From NCBI GenBank assembly GCA_963786955.1, contig CAWBAT010000005.1:416001-480000 (forward strand): a stretch of 64,000 nt of DNA, in the 5' to 3' direction. Origin of the DNA: an uncultured Acidimicrobiia bacterium (lineage in GTDB: Bacteria; Acidobacteriota; Terriglobia; Versatilivoradales; Versatilivoraceae). Shown here piece by piece: positions 19,522 through 29,619 of the stretch. Positions within the stretch are counted from its first letter, which is position 1; every line of letters starts with the position of its first letter. The position numbers were made by a program, and so were the translations under genes. A model generated the notes under the pieces. It worked only from the letters and a program-made list of their open reading frames with translations. It did no database searches and was not told the DNA's origin.

Positions 19522-19663
19522 ATTTAGGTAGTAGGTTAAGAATCATCGGAACATTTGCAGAAAGGGAGCCCGCCCCTCTTTTCAAAAGGCCCGAACTGAG
19601 AGTGGTTTTGAAGTCTCTCAGCTCATCTGCTACATGATAGACATGATATAGAGGAATACAGGG

Positions 19664-19862
19664 CTAGTACTAAGTTGCGGAAACCCGTGCTGTAGCCGGT
19701 TGTAGCCGGCCTCGTTGAGGCCGGCCCTTGACCGGGTTCAGCGACCCCGGCTACAAAGCGACTGTAGCGCAGACCTGATTTCTAGGTCTGCGGCATTGAA
19801 TCTTGAGTGGTGCATTATGCTACATTCAAAGCCGCAGAGGCAGAAAGCGCCTCTGCGCTACA
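19664..19862 (+). repeat. Repeat mosaic: MITE left end + family A (19701-19755) + family B REP pair (19763-19862)
   Basis: CTAGTACTAAGTTG; TGTAGCCGGCCTC...CCGGCTACA; TGTAGCGCAGACC...GGTCTGCG and CGCAGAGGC...GCCTCTGCGCTACA. Confidence 0.8.
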
Positions 19863-20006
19863 ACTACACCGCACAAAAACCTTTATGTCATCGCACCATT
19901 GACTGGAGTAACAGGACGAATTTGGAGTCTTTCCGGATGTGTCGGGGCCTGCGAGTTGACGGAAATCAGTCCGGAATCGGCGATCCTGGGGACAACAGGG
20001 CGTCGC

Positions 20007-20061
20007 TGTAGCCGCCCTCGGTGAGGCCGGCCCTTGACCGGGGTCAACGACCCCGGCTACA
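20007..20061 (+). repeat. REP-like family A copy abutting the TonB receptor RBS
   Basis: TGTAGCCGCCCTCGGTGAGGCCGGCCCTTGACCGGGGTCAACGACCCCGGCTACA followed by GAGGAGG and the ATG at 20078. Confidence 0.85.
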
Positions 20062-20077
20062 GCAGAGGAGGGAATCT

Positions 20078-23000
20078 ATGCCGCGTTTGTTTCTCGTCTT
20101 CGCGTTGTTCGCTGTCTCAACTTCCATTTTCTCTCAAACCCTCGATCGGGCCAGTGTTAGCGGCCGCGTGACTGATGAGTCAGGCGCTGTAGTCGCCGGA
20201 TGCATCGATCCTACTGGTTAACGAAGAAACAAATCATCGGCAGACAACAATTTCCGGTAAGACAGGAGATTTCGATTTCCCCTTTGTCACAACTGGACGT
20301 TATGTCTTAAGCGTACAGGCCAAAGACTTCCCCTTGCTAAAGATTGACGGGCTTCGGTTAGCCTCTAATCAAAATCTGAACCTCCCCATCACTCTTAAAG
20401 TCGGGCCGCTCGAGACAAATATCACCGTCACCTCGATACCCAATCACATTGATACCAGCAGCGCTACAGTGCAGCATGTGATTTCAGAAAATGAATTCAA
20501 AGACATGCCGATCTTTAGCAATGGCTATGTCCGAGGTGTCCTTTATACGCTCCCCTTGTTGGTGCCTGGCGCAAACATGGTCGGTACAAACAGCCCACAG
20601 GGGGGATTTGGTCACAACATCTATGGAAAAGGAGTCTCGATCAATGGCTCACCAGTGGCCGTCAGTTGGTTTTACCTTTGACGGCATTAGTAACAACCAG
20701 TTTGGTGATCTGGGACGGTGGTTCGGGAACAGTCGGTCCAAATCCGGATGCGCTGGGCGAATTCTCTGTCTTGACGAACACTTTTAAGGCTGAAAACGGG
20801 AACTACCCGGTCATCGTCAACCTTCAAACCAAATCTGGCACCAATACACTCCATGGCCAGGTGCGAGGGATTTATCAAGACCCAAAATTGAGCGCCCGCG
20901 ATTTCTTTGCGTTGGATGACAATCAAGGGCAAATCATAAGAACTTGGGGCGTCCAGCTTTCCGGCCCCGTGGTCATTCCCAAGTTGTACAATGGAAAAAA
21001 CAAAACTCTTTTCTTTGTAGACCTGGAAAGATCCTGGCGGCTGTAGCCATTTACGAGACATAGCAGCCGACAATCTCGCTGCCACAGCGATCCGGCGACT
21101 TTTCCCAGTTGCCACAAGGCCTATGGCCCAAAGATCCGCTGACCGGTGAAGTCTTCCCCGGCGGCCGCATCCCAGACAATCGGATTCTGCCGCAATCTCA
21201 GCACTACATCGACCAGTTCATGGCCAAGCCAAATCGAGAGAGCCAGTGGGTGGCAATGGGTCATCTAATCTGCAATGGGACTGTACTGACACTGCGCATC
21301 GACCAGCAGTTTTCAGCCAACGACACTTTAAGCGGGAGTCTCCTCTACAGCCACCAAAACAATGATGCTGTCTTCGGTCCAGTCATTGACACTACATATC
21401 ACGTCTTCAACCCGGGAAATAATCTCGCTCTGCATTACGCTCATCAGTTCTCTCCTCAGGCGGTCAATTCGATAACCTTTGGCCGAAGCCATTTCAATTC
21501 CAGTACATCCTGGTAAATGGCCAGTTTAATCAGGTGGATTTAACCCAGTATGGATTCAACATTCATCAAGACATGTCAGGTCCCACCGGTTTCCCACATA
21601 TACTCCTGCCCAGCACAAGAAACTATTTTAATCCCGGAGGAGAGCAAGAGGCAGGGAATGATGATGTATGGACATTAAGAGACGACTTTGCCTTCAGCCA
21701 TGGTCATCATGCGCTGAAGTTTGGCGCTGATTTTCGGTGGTGGCGGTCCGAAAAAGTGAACAGCCGGAATGGGTATGCCCACCTTCCTTTTCCTGGATCA
21801 AAATCCCTATGGCAGCGGGAATGATGTAGCGGACCTGCTCCTTGGAATTCCACTCGATTATTACCAGGGGGCGCCCTTCGCAGACCGCCCGCGCCGAAAT
21901 CTTTTCGCGGCCTATTTTCAAGACGATTTCAAACTACGCTCAGATTTGACCCTCAATATTGGATTGCGTTATGAGCTGAATGGAGTCTGGACTAGCGCGG
22001 ACGGGAAAAACGCTTTTTTCCGACCCGGTGTGCAAAGCAGGATGTTTCCAGAATGCGCCTCCTGGAATGTTATTTCCCGGTGATGTGGACCCCTCATCAG
22101 GCTCCAAACTAGGCTTTGCTGCCTATCCTACGGATTATAATAATTTCGCTCCGAGAATCGGGCTGGCTTATTTACCTTCTTCGGGCAATCCCTTTCTGAG
22201 AAAGCTGTTCGGCTCGATGGGCGATACTTCGATCCGCGTAGGATATGGCATTTACTACTTTCCCAGCCGTGGCGGGGCGGCCGATTTCTGGTTCAGTTCA
22301 ATTCCTCCCTGGTCGTTTTTCGTGAACCGCTACACGGACCAACTCCATAATTCGGGTGGGACCTTTGCCAATCCTTGGGGAAGCAACCCGGATCCCTTCG
22401 CATCTCCAATCTCTCATCGTGAATTCAGCCTTCCGATCCAAGGACTCACCGATCATGAAGCTAACCTCAGGGAGCCTTACCAGCAACAATGGACATTTTC
22501 CGTGCAACGGCAGTTGCCGCAGAACTTTATTCTCGATTTAGCTTACCTGGGAAATCACGCTGTTCATCTTCACCGAACTTATGAAGTGAACCCGGGACTT
22601 TTGACCGCCGATGCGAATCCTTTTAACGCAGATTCCAGACGCCAATATCAGGATTTTGCTCAAATTCCCGGTTACGCCAGCGACGGGATGTCCAGCTACA
22701 ATGCTTTCCAGGTTCGCCTGAATCGCCGCTTTACTTCCCATTTTATGCTCAATGCCCATTACGTTTGGTCCAAAACCATGGATAACGCGGAAGGGGGCCC
22801 ACCTCAGGTCTTTAGCTACGCGGATCGAGATGCGAATCCTTGGGCCCGGGCAAATGCCGACAGCCGGAACCAATTCGTATTGTATGGGGTCTGGGATCTT
22901 CCCCAAGTAAAATACAATAAGTTTCTCGACAAAGTGGCTTCAGGCTGGCAGGTCAGCGGGATTGTGCGAATGGCGTCTGGGATCCCTTATAATTTTCGTA

Positions 23001-23438
23001 ATGATTTTGATTCGACGCTGCGTGGCATTTCCCCGGGATCTCCAGACCTCATAGCCCCCTTTCGAAAACTTGACCCACGGCAGGTCCATACTTTTACATT
23101 GCCGAATGGTAGGACGGTGACCGGCAATTTCCTCTTTGATCCAACTGTTTTTCGAACCGTCTTCCCTAAGAGTGTTGAAGAGGCTCGGCTTGGAAATCTC
23201 GGCCGAAACGTTTTTACCGGGCCTGGAGTCAATAATGTCGATCTAAGCTTGCTCAAGGAGATTGTGTTGAAGGATCGTCAGCGTCTCGACTTCCGCGTAG
23301 ACTTGGTCAATGTGTTCAATCACGCTCAGTGTGACTTTCCACTACTATACCCAAGATATTGTCAGTTTCCAATTTGGATCCACTGCTAGTACCACGGGGC
23401 CCAGACAAATCCAGCTGTATCTCAGATATAGTTTTTGA
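20078..23438 (+). CDS. Acidobacteria-type TonB-dependent receptor (carboxypeptidase-reg-like N-domain); multiple frameshifts
   Basis: Signal peptide; SGRVTDESGAVV; TKSGTNTLHG; AAYFQDDFK..LTLNIGLRYE; NNFAPRIGLAY; GNLGRNVFTGPG; terminal PRQIQLYLRYSF*. Confidence 0.88.
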
Positions 23439-23488
23439 ATGTTGGCCTCTACGTGGGAGCGAAGTTGTGAAGAATTTACCGAAGCGGC

Positions 23489-23588
23489 TGTAGGGAACGC
23501 TCGCCGCAGCGTTCCCCTGCTGGCCGCGGGCATTGAAGTCAAATGGATTCGCCGCCCAATAAGGAACGGATCAGCGTCCGTTCCCTAC
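23489..23588. repeat. GTAG REP pair (family C)
   Basis: TGTAGGGAACGCT...AGCGTTCCC and GGAACGGA...TCCGTTCCCTAC. Confidence 0.65.
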
Positions 23589-23622
23589 GAAGCGAACGTA
23601 GCACAGAGACAGATTCCCTCAC

Positions 23623-23677
23623 TGTAGCCGGCCTCGGTGAGGCCGGCCCCTGACCGGGGTCAACGCCCCCGGCTACA
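23623..23677 (+). repeat. REP-like family A copy
   Basis: TGTAGCCGGCCTCGGTGAGGCCGGCCCCTGACCGGGGTCAACGCCCCCGGCTACA. Confidence 0.85.
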
Positions 23678-23789
23678 ACTTTTTAGAGCTTGCCGTATTT
23701 ATACGGACATAAGGTTTAGTTTTCCCAAATGGATGGAAATTATTTGGCAGCGAGGTCTTGGTTCATCGGTCTGCGGCTTTTCGGTGGGA

Positions 23790-23932
23790 GTAGCGCAAAC
23801 CCGAAGTCCCCCTTCGAAGGGGGGGCCGCTTTGCGGCGGGGGATGTAAAGGGTCTGCGGCATTGAATATTGAGGGTCACGTTCTGCTACGTTCAAAGCCG
23901 CAGAGGCAGAAAGCGCCTCTGCGCTACAACTA
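23790..23932 (+). repeat. Family B REP pair, with a CCCCCTT/AAGGGGG palindrome inserted in its first loop
   Basis: 23851-23932 is an 82-bp direct repeat of 19785-19866; insert at about 23807-23846. Confidence 0.8.
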
Positions 23933-23955
23933 TGCGGAAGGTTGGCCGGGATAGC

Positions 23956-24010
23956 TGTAGCTGGCCTCGGTGAGGCCGGCCCTGGGCCGGGATCAGCGAT
24001 CCCGGCTACA
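23956..24010 (+). repeat. REP-like family A, variant GGATC/GATCC (right island boundary)
   Basis: TGTAGCTGGCCTCGGTGAGGCCGGCCCTGGGCCGGGATCAGCGATCCCGGCTACA. Confidence 0.85.
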
Positions 24011-24022
24011 GACGCATTCCCT

Positions 24023-24835
24023 CTACTTCACCACAATCCCGGCATATCCCACAACCTCACCGCGATCTCCGCTGATATCTCCAGAGGTTGCGTACTTCAC
24101 CAGCTCAGGCTTTCGAGAAGGCAGGTCATCAAGGCTATTCAACATGGCGATGGCTGGGCCGTAACCGCACATGCTAATCGATTCGGATTTGACGACGTCA
24201 TAAAGCCCTTTGGGATCGAGTTCCAGGATCTTATTGATTGCCATGCGATCTTTGGCTCGGGTAATCACATCTGACTCATAATGATTCATGTCGCTGCTGG
24301 CAATCACAAGGATATCTTCCCCCAATTCCTTCCTTGTGGCTTCGATGGCTCTGCCCAGACGTTCCAGGCTCGCGTAGCCGCTAGTTCCTATGGCAATGGG
24401 GACAAACTTAAAGTCATTTCGGAGCGCATAAAGAAACGGAAGCTGCACTTCGAGAGAGTGTTCAGAACGATGCGCCTCCGAGTCTTCGCTCAAGAGGTGG
24501 CAATGGTGCCTGAGCCGTCTGGCCAGGTCGGTATCAATCTCAATTCTGCCCAGTGGAATTTCCCAGGACCCGCTCGACATGATGGCCAGCGAGGCTCCCA
24601 TCCCGGTGTGATTAGGGCACATGATAATGATGCGGGCAGGAACCTCGATCAAGGCATACACCGCGCCTGCTACATGACCGGAATACATGTACCCGGCATG
24701 GGGAACCAGAATTCCTTTGGCTTTGACATCTGCCTGCACAGTCCCGAGAAACCTGGAAACTTCCCCCCCCAGAGCCTCTTTCCCGGCAGGGTAAAATCGT
24801 CCAGCGACTGCTGGCTTTCGGATCATTTCCTTCAT
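24023..24835 (-). CDS. amrB: AmmeMemoRadiSam system protein B (MEMO1 family)
   Basis: IRKPAVAGRFYP, PHAGYMYSG, EHSLEVQLPFL, ASSDMNHY, SMCGYGP, VVGYAG. Confidence 0.93.
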   Translation of the reverse strand: MKEMIRKPAVAGRFYPAGKEALGGEVSRFLGTVQADVKAKGILVPHAGYMYSGHVAGAVYALIEVPARIIIMCPNHTGMGASLAIMSSGSWEIPLGRIEIDTDLARRLRHHCHLLSEDSEAHRSEHSLEVQLPFLYALRNDFKFVPIAIGTSGYASLERLGRAIEATRKELGEDILVIASSDMNHYESDVITRAKDRMAINKILELDPKGLYDVVKSESISMCGYGPAIAMLNSLDDLPSRKPELVKYATSGDISGDRGEVVGYAGIVVK

Positions 24836-26049
24836 CCTTTCGGTGCCTGATACCCCTCCTTGGCTCGGACCACCACGTTTTTTACCACCATCCCGTTTTC
24901 ATCAACGACTTCCACTTTAATTTTCCGAAATTTCCCATCCTTATTCGCGTTCGTGGACTGGTACGCCATACTGTACTGATTTCTCAACTCGATCCCCACC
25001 TGCTGCAATATGCCGGGATACTCTCCCTCAAAATGGGGAAACCAGGCTTTCCCTCCGGTCCTGCGCGCAAAAGTGTTGAGCTGATTTTCTCCTTGCAACC
25101 AGGTCAGCTCGGCTGGCCCACCCATCCTGCCAGTTGCAGACATCATGTCTTTAGCCATCTGTGCAATGCCAATGCAATAGACTACGGCATCCGTTGTATT
25201 GATTCTTTTGAGCATCGTATCAAATGTGATTTTGCTCATCGTGTCAACTCCGGTACTGAGCAATAATACCGCTTTCTTGCCGTCCACTTCCTCCAACCGA
25301 TCGAGCGTATCCTTCAAAGAATCAAATAGATTGGACTCCCTGAAGGCCGGAATCCGCAGACGGCGCAAAGCTCCATAGAGCTCTCTCTTATCTTGGGTGA
25401 AGTCACACAAAATCTCTGGCCGAAGGTCGTAGGCTATGATGGCTGCCCAATCTTCCGGGCGAAGCATGTTGATGAACGAGCCGGCAGGATAGACGACATC
25501 ATCGTAGAAAGCTGCAAAATTGTAAGCAAACTCAATGAGCAATACAACCGTCAGAGGGGCAGACGTCGGGCTAAAGTTCGTGACCTGCTGCTCTACTTTA
25601 TCCTCAAAGACCCGGAAATTTTTCTGGCTTAAGTTGGGAATAAAGTTTCCACGCTTGTCGCTGACAACCACATCCAGATTAACCAGCTCGATCTCTACTG
25701 TAAGAGTGAACTTTTCGTCGGGTTTTCCCGTCGACGCCCCAACCGGCTTCTGCGGAGTCGCCCTCTTTTTCACAGGGGGCGCCTTCTTGGTACCTACCGT
25801 CGTATCGGTCTCGGCAGCCTTAGGCCCTTTCTGTTCCCCGGCTTTATCTTCAGCCTTCTGGGTAGATGTCTTCTTGGTCCCTACGACTGTGTCGGTGTCA
25901 GTAGGATTAGGTCCTTTCTGGTCTTGAAACCTTTCCTGTGTCTTTTCCTGTTGGGGAGTTGCCCCGCGCAAACTAGGAATAAGAGAAGGCGGTGGGAATA
26001 TCAAAGACAGCAATATCAATGCAATCAGACTTAATTGTCTCATACTCAT
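24832..26049 (-). CDS. VWA domain protein (Acidobacteria VWFA-type), exported
   Basis: Signal peptide; LVNLDVVVSDKRGNFIPNL...FEDKVEQ; TGGKAWF; LRNQYSMAY...DGKFRKIKVEV. Start choice approximate. Confidence 0.88.
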   Translation of the reverse strand: MSMRQLSLIALILLSLIFPPPSLIPSLRGATPQQEKTQERFQDQKGPNPTDTDTVVGTKKTSTQKAEDKAGEQKGPKAAETDTTVGTKKAPPVKKRATPQKPVGASTGKPDEKFTLTVEIELVNLDVVVSDKRGNFIPNLSQKNFRVFEDKVEQQVTNFSPTSAPLTVVLLIEFAYNFAAFYDDVVYPAGSFINMLRPEDWAAIIAYDLRPEILCDFTQDKRELYGALRRLRIPAFRESNLFDSLKDTLDRLEEVDGKKAVLLLSTGVDTMSKITFDTMLKRINTTDAVVYCIGIAQMAKDMMSATGRMGGPAELTWLQGENQLNTFARRTGGKAWFPHFEGEYPGILQQVGIELRNQYSMAYQSTNANKDGKFRKIKVEVVDENGMVVKNVVVRAKEGYQAPKG

Positions 26050-26219
26050 TCTCCCCATCCGGCTATCGGTTGAGCTTATCAGAACCTCCACATTGACAGG
26101 CCTGATCTAGCTCTGCCGTGAAGCCTTTGTGTTACCAACCTGTCAAATACAGTCTGTCCAATTAGGGCCTGAATTCTCAGGAACCCATCCTCCGGCTAGT
26201 CTCAGTTTCTCCCAGATTC

Positions 26220-27239
26220 TCATTTCTCCGAAAAGCTAAACCGAACTTCCTTCAAACCTTTGAAGGCTTCTCTCATGTAATTTTTGATCTTATCAATGAG
26301 CTTCTTCTCCGAAACACGAATGGCCTCGCGGGTCACCCCAAAAAGATCCGCAATAGCCTGAAGAGTGAGGGGTTCTTCAGCAATTAAGCGCTTCTGAAGA
26401 ATCATCCGTTCCTTTTCAGAAAGGGTATCCGCAAATGTCTTGAATTTGCTTTCAATCAGATCCTTCAATTCGCCGGAAGCCAATTTTTCATCAATCAACT
26501 CCTCTGTCGAGGCCATCGTATCCAGGAAGCTGGCACCGGAGTCATCGGATATCTTTTGATCTAATGAAAGATCGTACGACTGAATGCTTGCTTCAACGGC
26601 AATCACATCCTCTTCACTCACATCTAATGCTTGGGCAAGCAGATGACTACTGGCTGCAATCCCCTGGGTTTCGAGGCGCTGTTTTTCTTTTCTCAGATTC
26701 AGCAGGACCTTCCGACGATCGTTGGTGGTTCCCACGCGAACCATCCGGAAGTTATCCAAGATGAACTTGATGATATAAGCTTTAATCCACCAAGAAGCAT
26801 AGGTTGGAAGCCGGGTCCCGCGGTCTGGATCAAATTTTTTCACGGCCTGGAGAAGCCCGATATTCCCTTCCTGAACCAGGTCCATTAAGTTCGCATAGAC
26901 TTTGTTATAGAGAAAGGCAAGTCGTACGACCAGTTTCAAATTCGACGTCACTAATTTGCGCCCCGCTTCCTTATCCTGGTGATCGCGAAACAATCGGGCC
27001 AGTTTCTGCTCTTCCTCTGAACTGAGCGGTTCGTACTTGCTGATTTCGAAAAGGTAGTGCCGCAGCGGATCATAGCGAATGAGCTGTGAATCCTCCTTGG
27101 AAGATTCTGGCTCGATGATTTCTTCCAGTTCTTCCTCTTCCTTTGGCACCAAATGCTGTTCGACGTAGCTTGCCTCATCCCTGAAATCTTCCCAGTCGGT
27201 GGCTGGTTCATTGCTTGGCGTTGTGTGATCTTGGTCCAT
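26220..27239 (-). CDS. RNA polymerase sigma factor, RpoH/sigma-32-like
   Basis: LVTSNLKLVV, DLVQEGNIGLLQAVKKFDPDRG, YASWWIKAYI, MVRVGTTNDRRKVLLNLRK (RpoH-box-like), LTLQAIADLFGVTREAIR. Confidence 0.88.
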   Translation of the reverse strand: MDQDHTTPSNEPATDWEDFRDEASYVEQHLVPKEEEELEEIIEPESSKEDSQLIRYDPLRHYLFEISKYEPLSSEEEQKLARLFRDHQDKEAGRKLVTSNLKLVVRLAFLYNKVYANLMDLVQEGNIGLLQAVKKFDPDRGTRLPTYASWWIKAYIIKFILDNFRMVRVGTTNDRRKVLLNLRKEKQRLETQGIAASSHLLAQALDVSEEDVIAVEASIQSYDLSLDQKISDDSGASFLDTMASTEELIDEKLASGELKDLIESKFKTFADTLSEKERMILQKRLIAEEPLTLQAIADLFGVTREAIRVSEKKLIDKIKNYMREAFKGLKEVRFSFSEK

Positions 27240-27253
27240 ACCCTTAATCTAGC

Positions 27254-27407
27254 AGAGGAATGCCCGGATGCAAATAGGATTGGGTGGCCCGGTCAAAGGA
27301 GTCTCCATCACCATGTAGCGGGATGCCGTGCTCATGTTCAGAAGACCCTTGACCCATTCGAGAAGCGACCGGATTGTGCCTCCGGCAGGCAACAGGAGAA
27401 TTCCTCT
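27254..27407 (-). ncRNA. Candidate structured RNA (6S-like rod with central bubble, or sigma-gene leader)
   Basis: Nested inverted segments AGAGGAAT/ATTCCTCT, CCGGATGCA/TGCCTCCGG, GGTCAA/TTGACC, GTCT/AGAC, CATGtAGC/GCTCATG. Strand guessed from G-U pairs and neighbouring genes. Confidence 0.35.
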
Positions 27408-27438
27408 CAGGACAATTGAAGAGACTCTGGACAGGCAA

Positions 27439-28350
27439 TCACTTCGCTGCGGATTTTTCTACCAATGGCGCAATCGCCTTGTCAATAGCAGCTTCATCTT
27501 TACCGATCTCTACATTTTTGAAGAGGGACCAGGTCTCAACATGTTCCGCAAACCCGTTCGGCTCCAGGCGCTCCATCGGCCCGAGGGTTTCGATCTCCAT
27601 GAACGCTTCGGCAGTATAAGTTTCAGTACTGCTGCCGTAGTCCGGGTAGGCAGCACCACCTTTGTATTCTGACCGCTTCATAAACAACGTTTTGTTTTTC
27701 AGATAACCCGCCCATCCTTGTTTATTGGCTATTCCGATTTTCTGGGGCTCGCGCATCCCAGCCTCAGGTTTCAAAAGAATGAACTTCTTGCCGATTTTGA
27801 AGCGGGGATCTCCGAGATCCGTGTAAGACCATAAGACCAGAGGACGTGCCGGCAATAAAGCCGTGTCGTGAGACTGATAGGGTTCCTGGGGAAGAATGGT
27901 GACTCCTTCACGAAAGATGGTGATCGCCCAGGGTGCCAGCTCGATTCCCCATAGATTCTTGTTTGTGATCCGGTGACGGATTCCCACTCTGCTTCCTTCC
28001 TGATCCAGGGAAACGGTCATTTCCTTTTGTAGGCCAGTTTTCGGTTCAATAGGCTGAATCAGCCGAATCGTATTCTCACCTTCCAAATTGAATTCGATCC
28101 GGCTACTATCTGGAGAATAAGTCCTTGGCATTGCCTCGGGAGCGGCCCATAAGCGGTGTCCTCCCCAAGGCTTCCATTCTCCCAGTTCCGTAATGATTTT
28201 CAAGTCGGGAAACTCGCCCAGGATATTATCCTGCCCGATGAACGCATAGCGTATGATCCGGGGTCCGACGTCGGTTGTCACCACAACTTCAACAGTTCCA
28301 TTGGAAAGCTTGTAGCAATTGGGGTGATCCAGATACGTCACTTTTTCCAT
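27439..28350 (-). CDS. Galactose-mutarotase-like / DUF4380-like hypothetical protein
   Basis: LSNGTVEVVVTTDVGPRII, WGGHRLWAAPE, YPDYGSSTETY, EIETLGP; GGAGG RBS before the ATG at 28350. Confidence 0.7.
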   Translation of the reverse strand: MEKVTYLDHPNCYKLSNGTVEVVVTTDVGPRIIRYAFIGQDNILGEFPDLKIITELGEWKPWGGHRLWAAPEAMPRTYSPDSSRIEFNLEGENTIRLIQPIEPKTGLQKEMTVSLDQEGSRVGIRHRITNKNLWGIELAPWAITIFREGVTILPQEPYQSHDTALLPARPLVLWSYTDLGDPRFKIGKKFILLKPEAGMREPQKIGIANKQGWAGYLKNKTLFMKRSEYKGGAAYPDYGSSTETYTAEAFMEIETLGPMERLEPNGFAEHVETWSLFKNVEIGKDEAAIDKAIAPLVEKSAAK

Positions 28351-28756
28351 TCTTACCTCCGCCCATCCACGGGATGTGGGCCATGATTCCCGACCCAAAG
28401 GATAAGGGTGTTGTAGCAGAAATAGTTTCTTTCTTGCAAGCATCGAAGAGGGTCCTTTCCATCTGCCGGTTTGACTTGCGATTCTATCACGGGCTTGTTC
28501 AAGATCAACCCGCGTTTCGGAAACTCCACAGAGTGGACTGCTGGATCAAAACGAAAACAGCGCCATCCGGCACCCAGAACACAAAGGCCTCTCACCAAAA
28601 TGTAAACGGAACATTGATAGGATGCTGACATCGCTTCTGGCTAGAAATGAGCGACGGTCAAACGCATAAGCATGCCGGCAAGGACAAACCAGGGTTTCTT
28701 GCTGGGCAACAGAAATTCTGTTATCATCAAGTGGATATCAAGGAGGAAATGGGATC

Positions 28757-29619
28757 ATGAAGAATATCTTAAGACATTTATCCTTCTGGCGGGACTGACG
28801 GCTCTTTTTCTATTTATTGGTCAGGCACTGGGGGGACGAAGTGGCTTTAAAATAGCCCTCTTCTTTGCGGTCATTATGAATTTTGTCAGTTACTGGTTTA
28901 GCGATAAGATTGCGCTCGCCATGAGCGGGGCACAACCAGTCTCAGAAAATGAAGCTCCTGCGCTTTATGGAATTATCCGGGAACTCTGTCAAAGAGCGGA
29001 ACTCCCCCTACCCCGGCTCTATGTCATCAACAGCCCGACACCCAATGCATTTGCTACAGGGAGAAACCTCAACATGCGGCCGTGGCGGTGACTTCGGGGA
29101 TCATGAGTATCTTGAGCCGGGATGAACTGGAAGGGGTTCTTGCCCATGAGTTGGCCCATGTCAAGAATCGGGATATTCTGATTTGCTCAGTCGCCGCAGT
29201 CATCGCCGGAGCCATCAGCCAGCTGGCCCATATGGCCCAGTGGGCGATGATTTTTGGCGGATATGGAAGAGACCGGGACAGTGATGAGAGAGGGGGCTTA
29301 CTGGGCAGTCTTGCCATGATCATCGTTGGGCCCATCGCCGCCATGCTTATTCAGATGGCCATTTCCAGGAGCCGTGAATATCAGGCGGACGCAACCGGCG
29401 CCAAAATTTGCGGACGACCACTTTCCCTTGCCAACGCTTTGCTGAAGCTTGAACAGGCAAATCGACGTCTTCCCATGGAAGTCAACCCCGCGCAGGCTCA
29501 GATGTACATTGTGAACCCTCTGAGTGCCGGGAGGCCTTCGTAACCTTTTCAGCACCCATCCTCCCATGGCAGAGAGAGTGAAGCGGCTTCAGGAAATGGC
29601 TTTGGGCGGGATCAATTAG
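28757..29619 (+). CDS. htpX: Zinc metalloprotease HtpX (frameshifted)
   Basis: [33 protein letters not shown] (HEXXH), [15 protein letters not shown] in a shifted frame. Confidence 0.93.

Noticed and set aside
9610-24010. Family A repeats as a CRISPR array or integron attC sites
   Set aside because: Spacing is irregular (0.3-6 kb) with whole genes between copies; no cas or integrase gene; ends are TGTAG/CTACA, not RYYYAAC/GTTRRRY.
19715-24164. Short ORFs starting MRPA(L/P)DR (19715, 20021, 23637, 23970) as a peptide family
   Set aside because: They are translations of the REP unit and lack an RBS; the real TonB start is at 20078.
25786-25921. Duplicated QKGP...TDT.VGTKK peptide in the VWA linker
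   Set aside because: Two-copy low-complexity linker duplication with no sign of a system.
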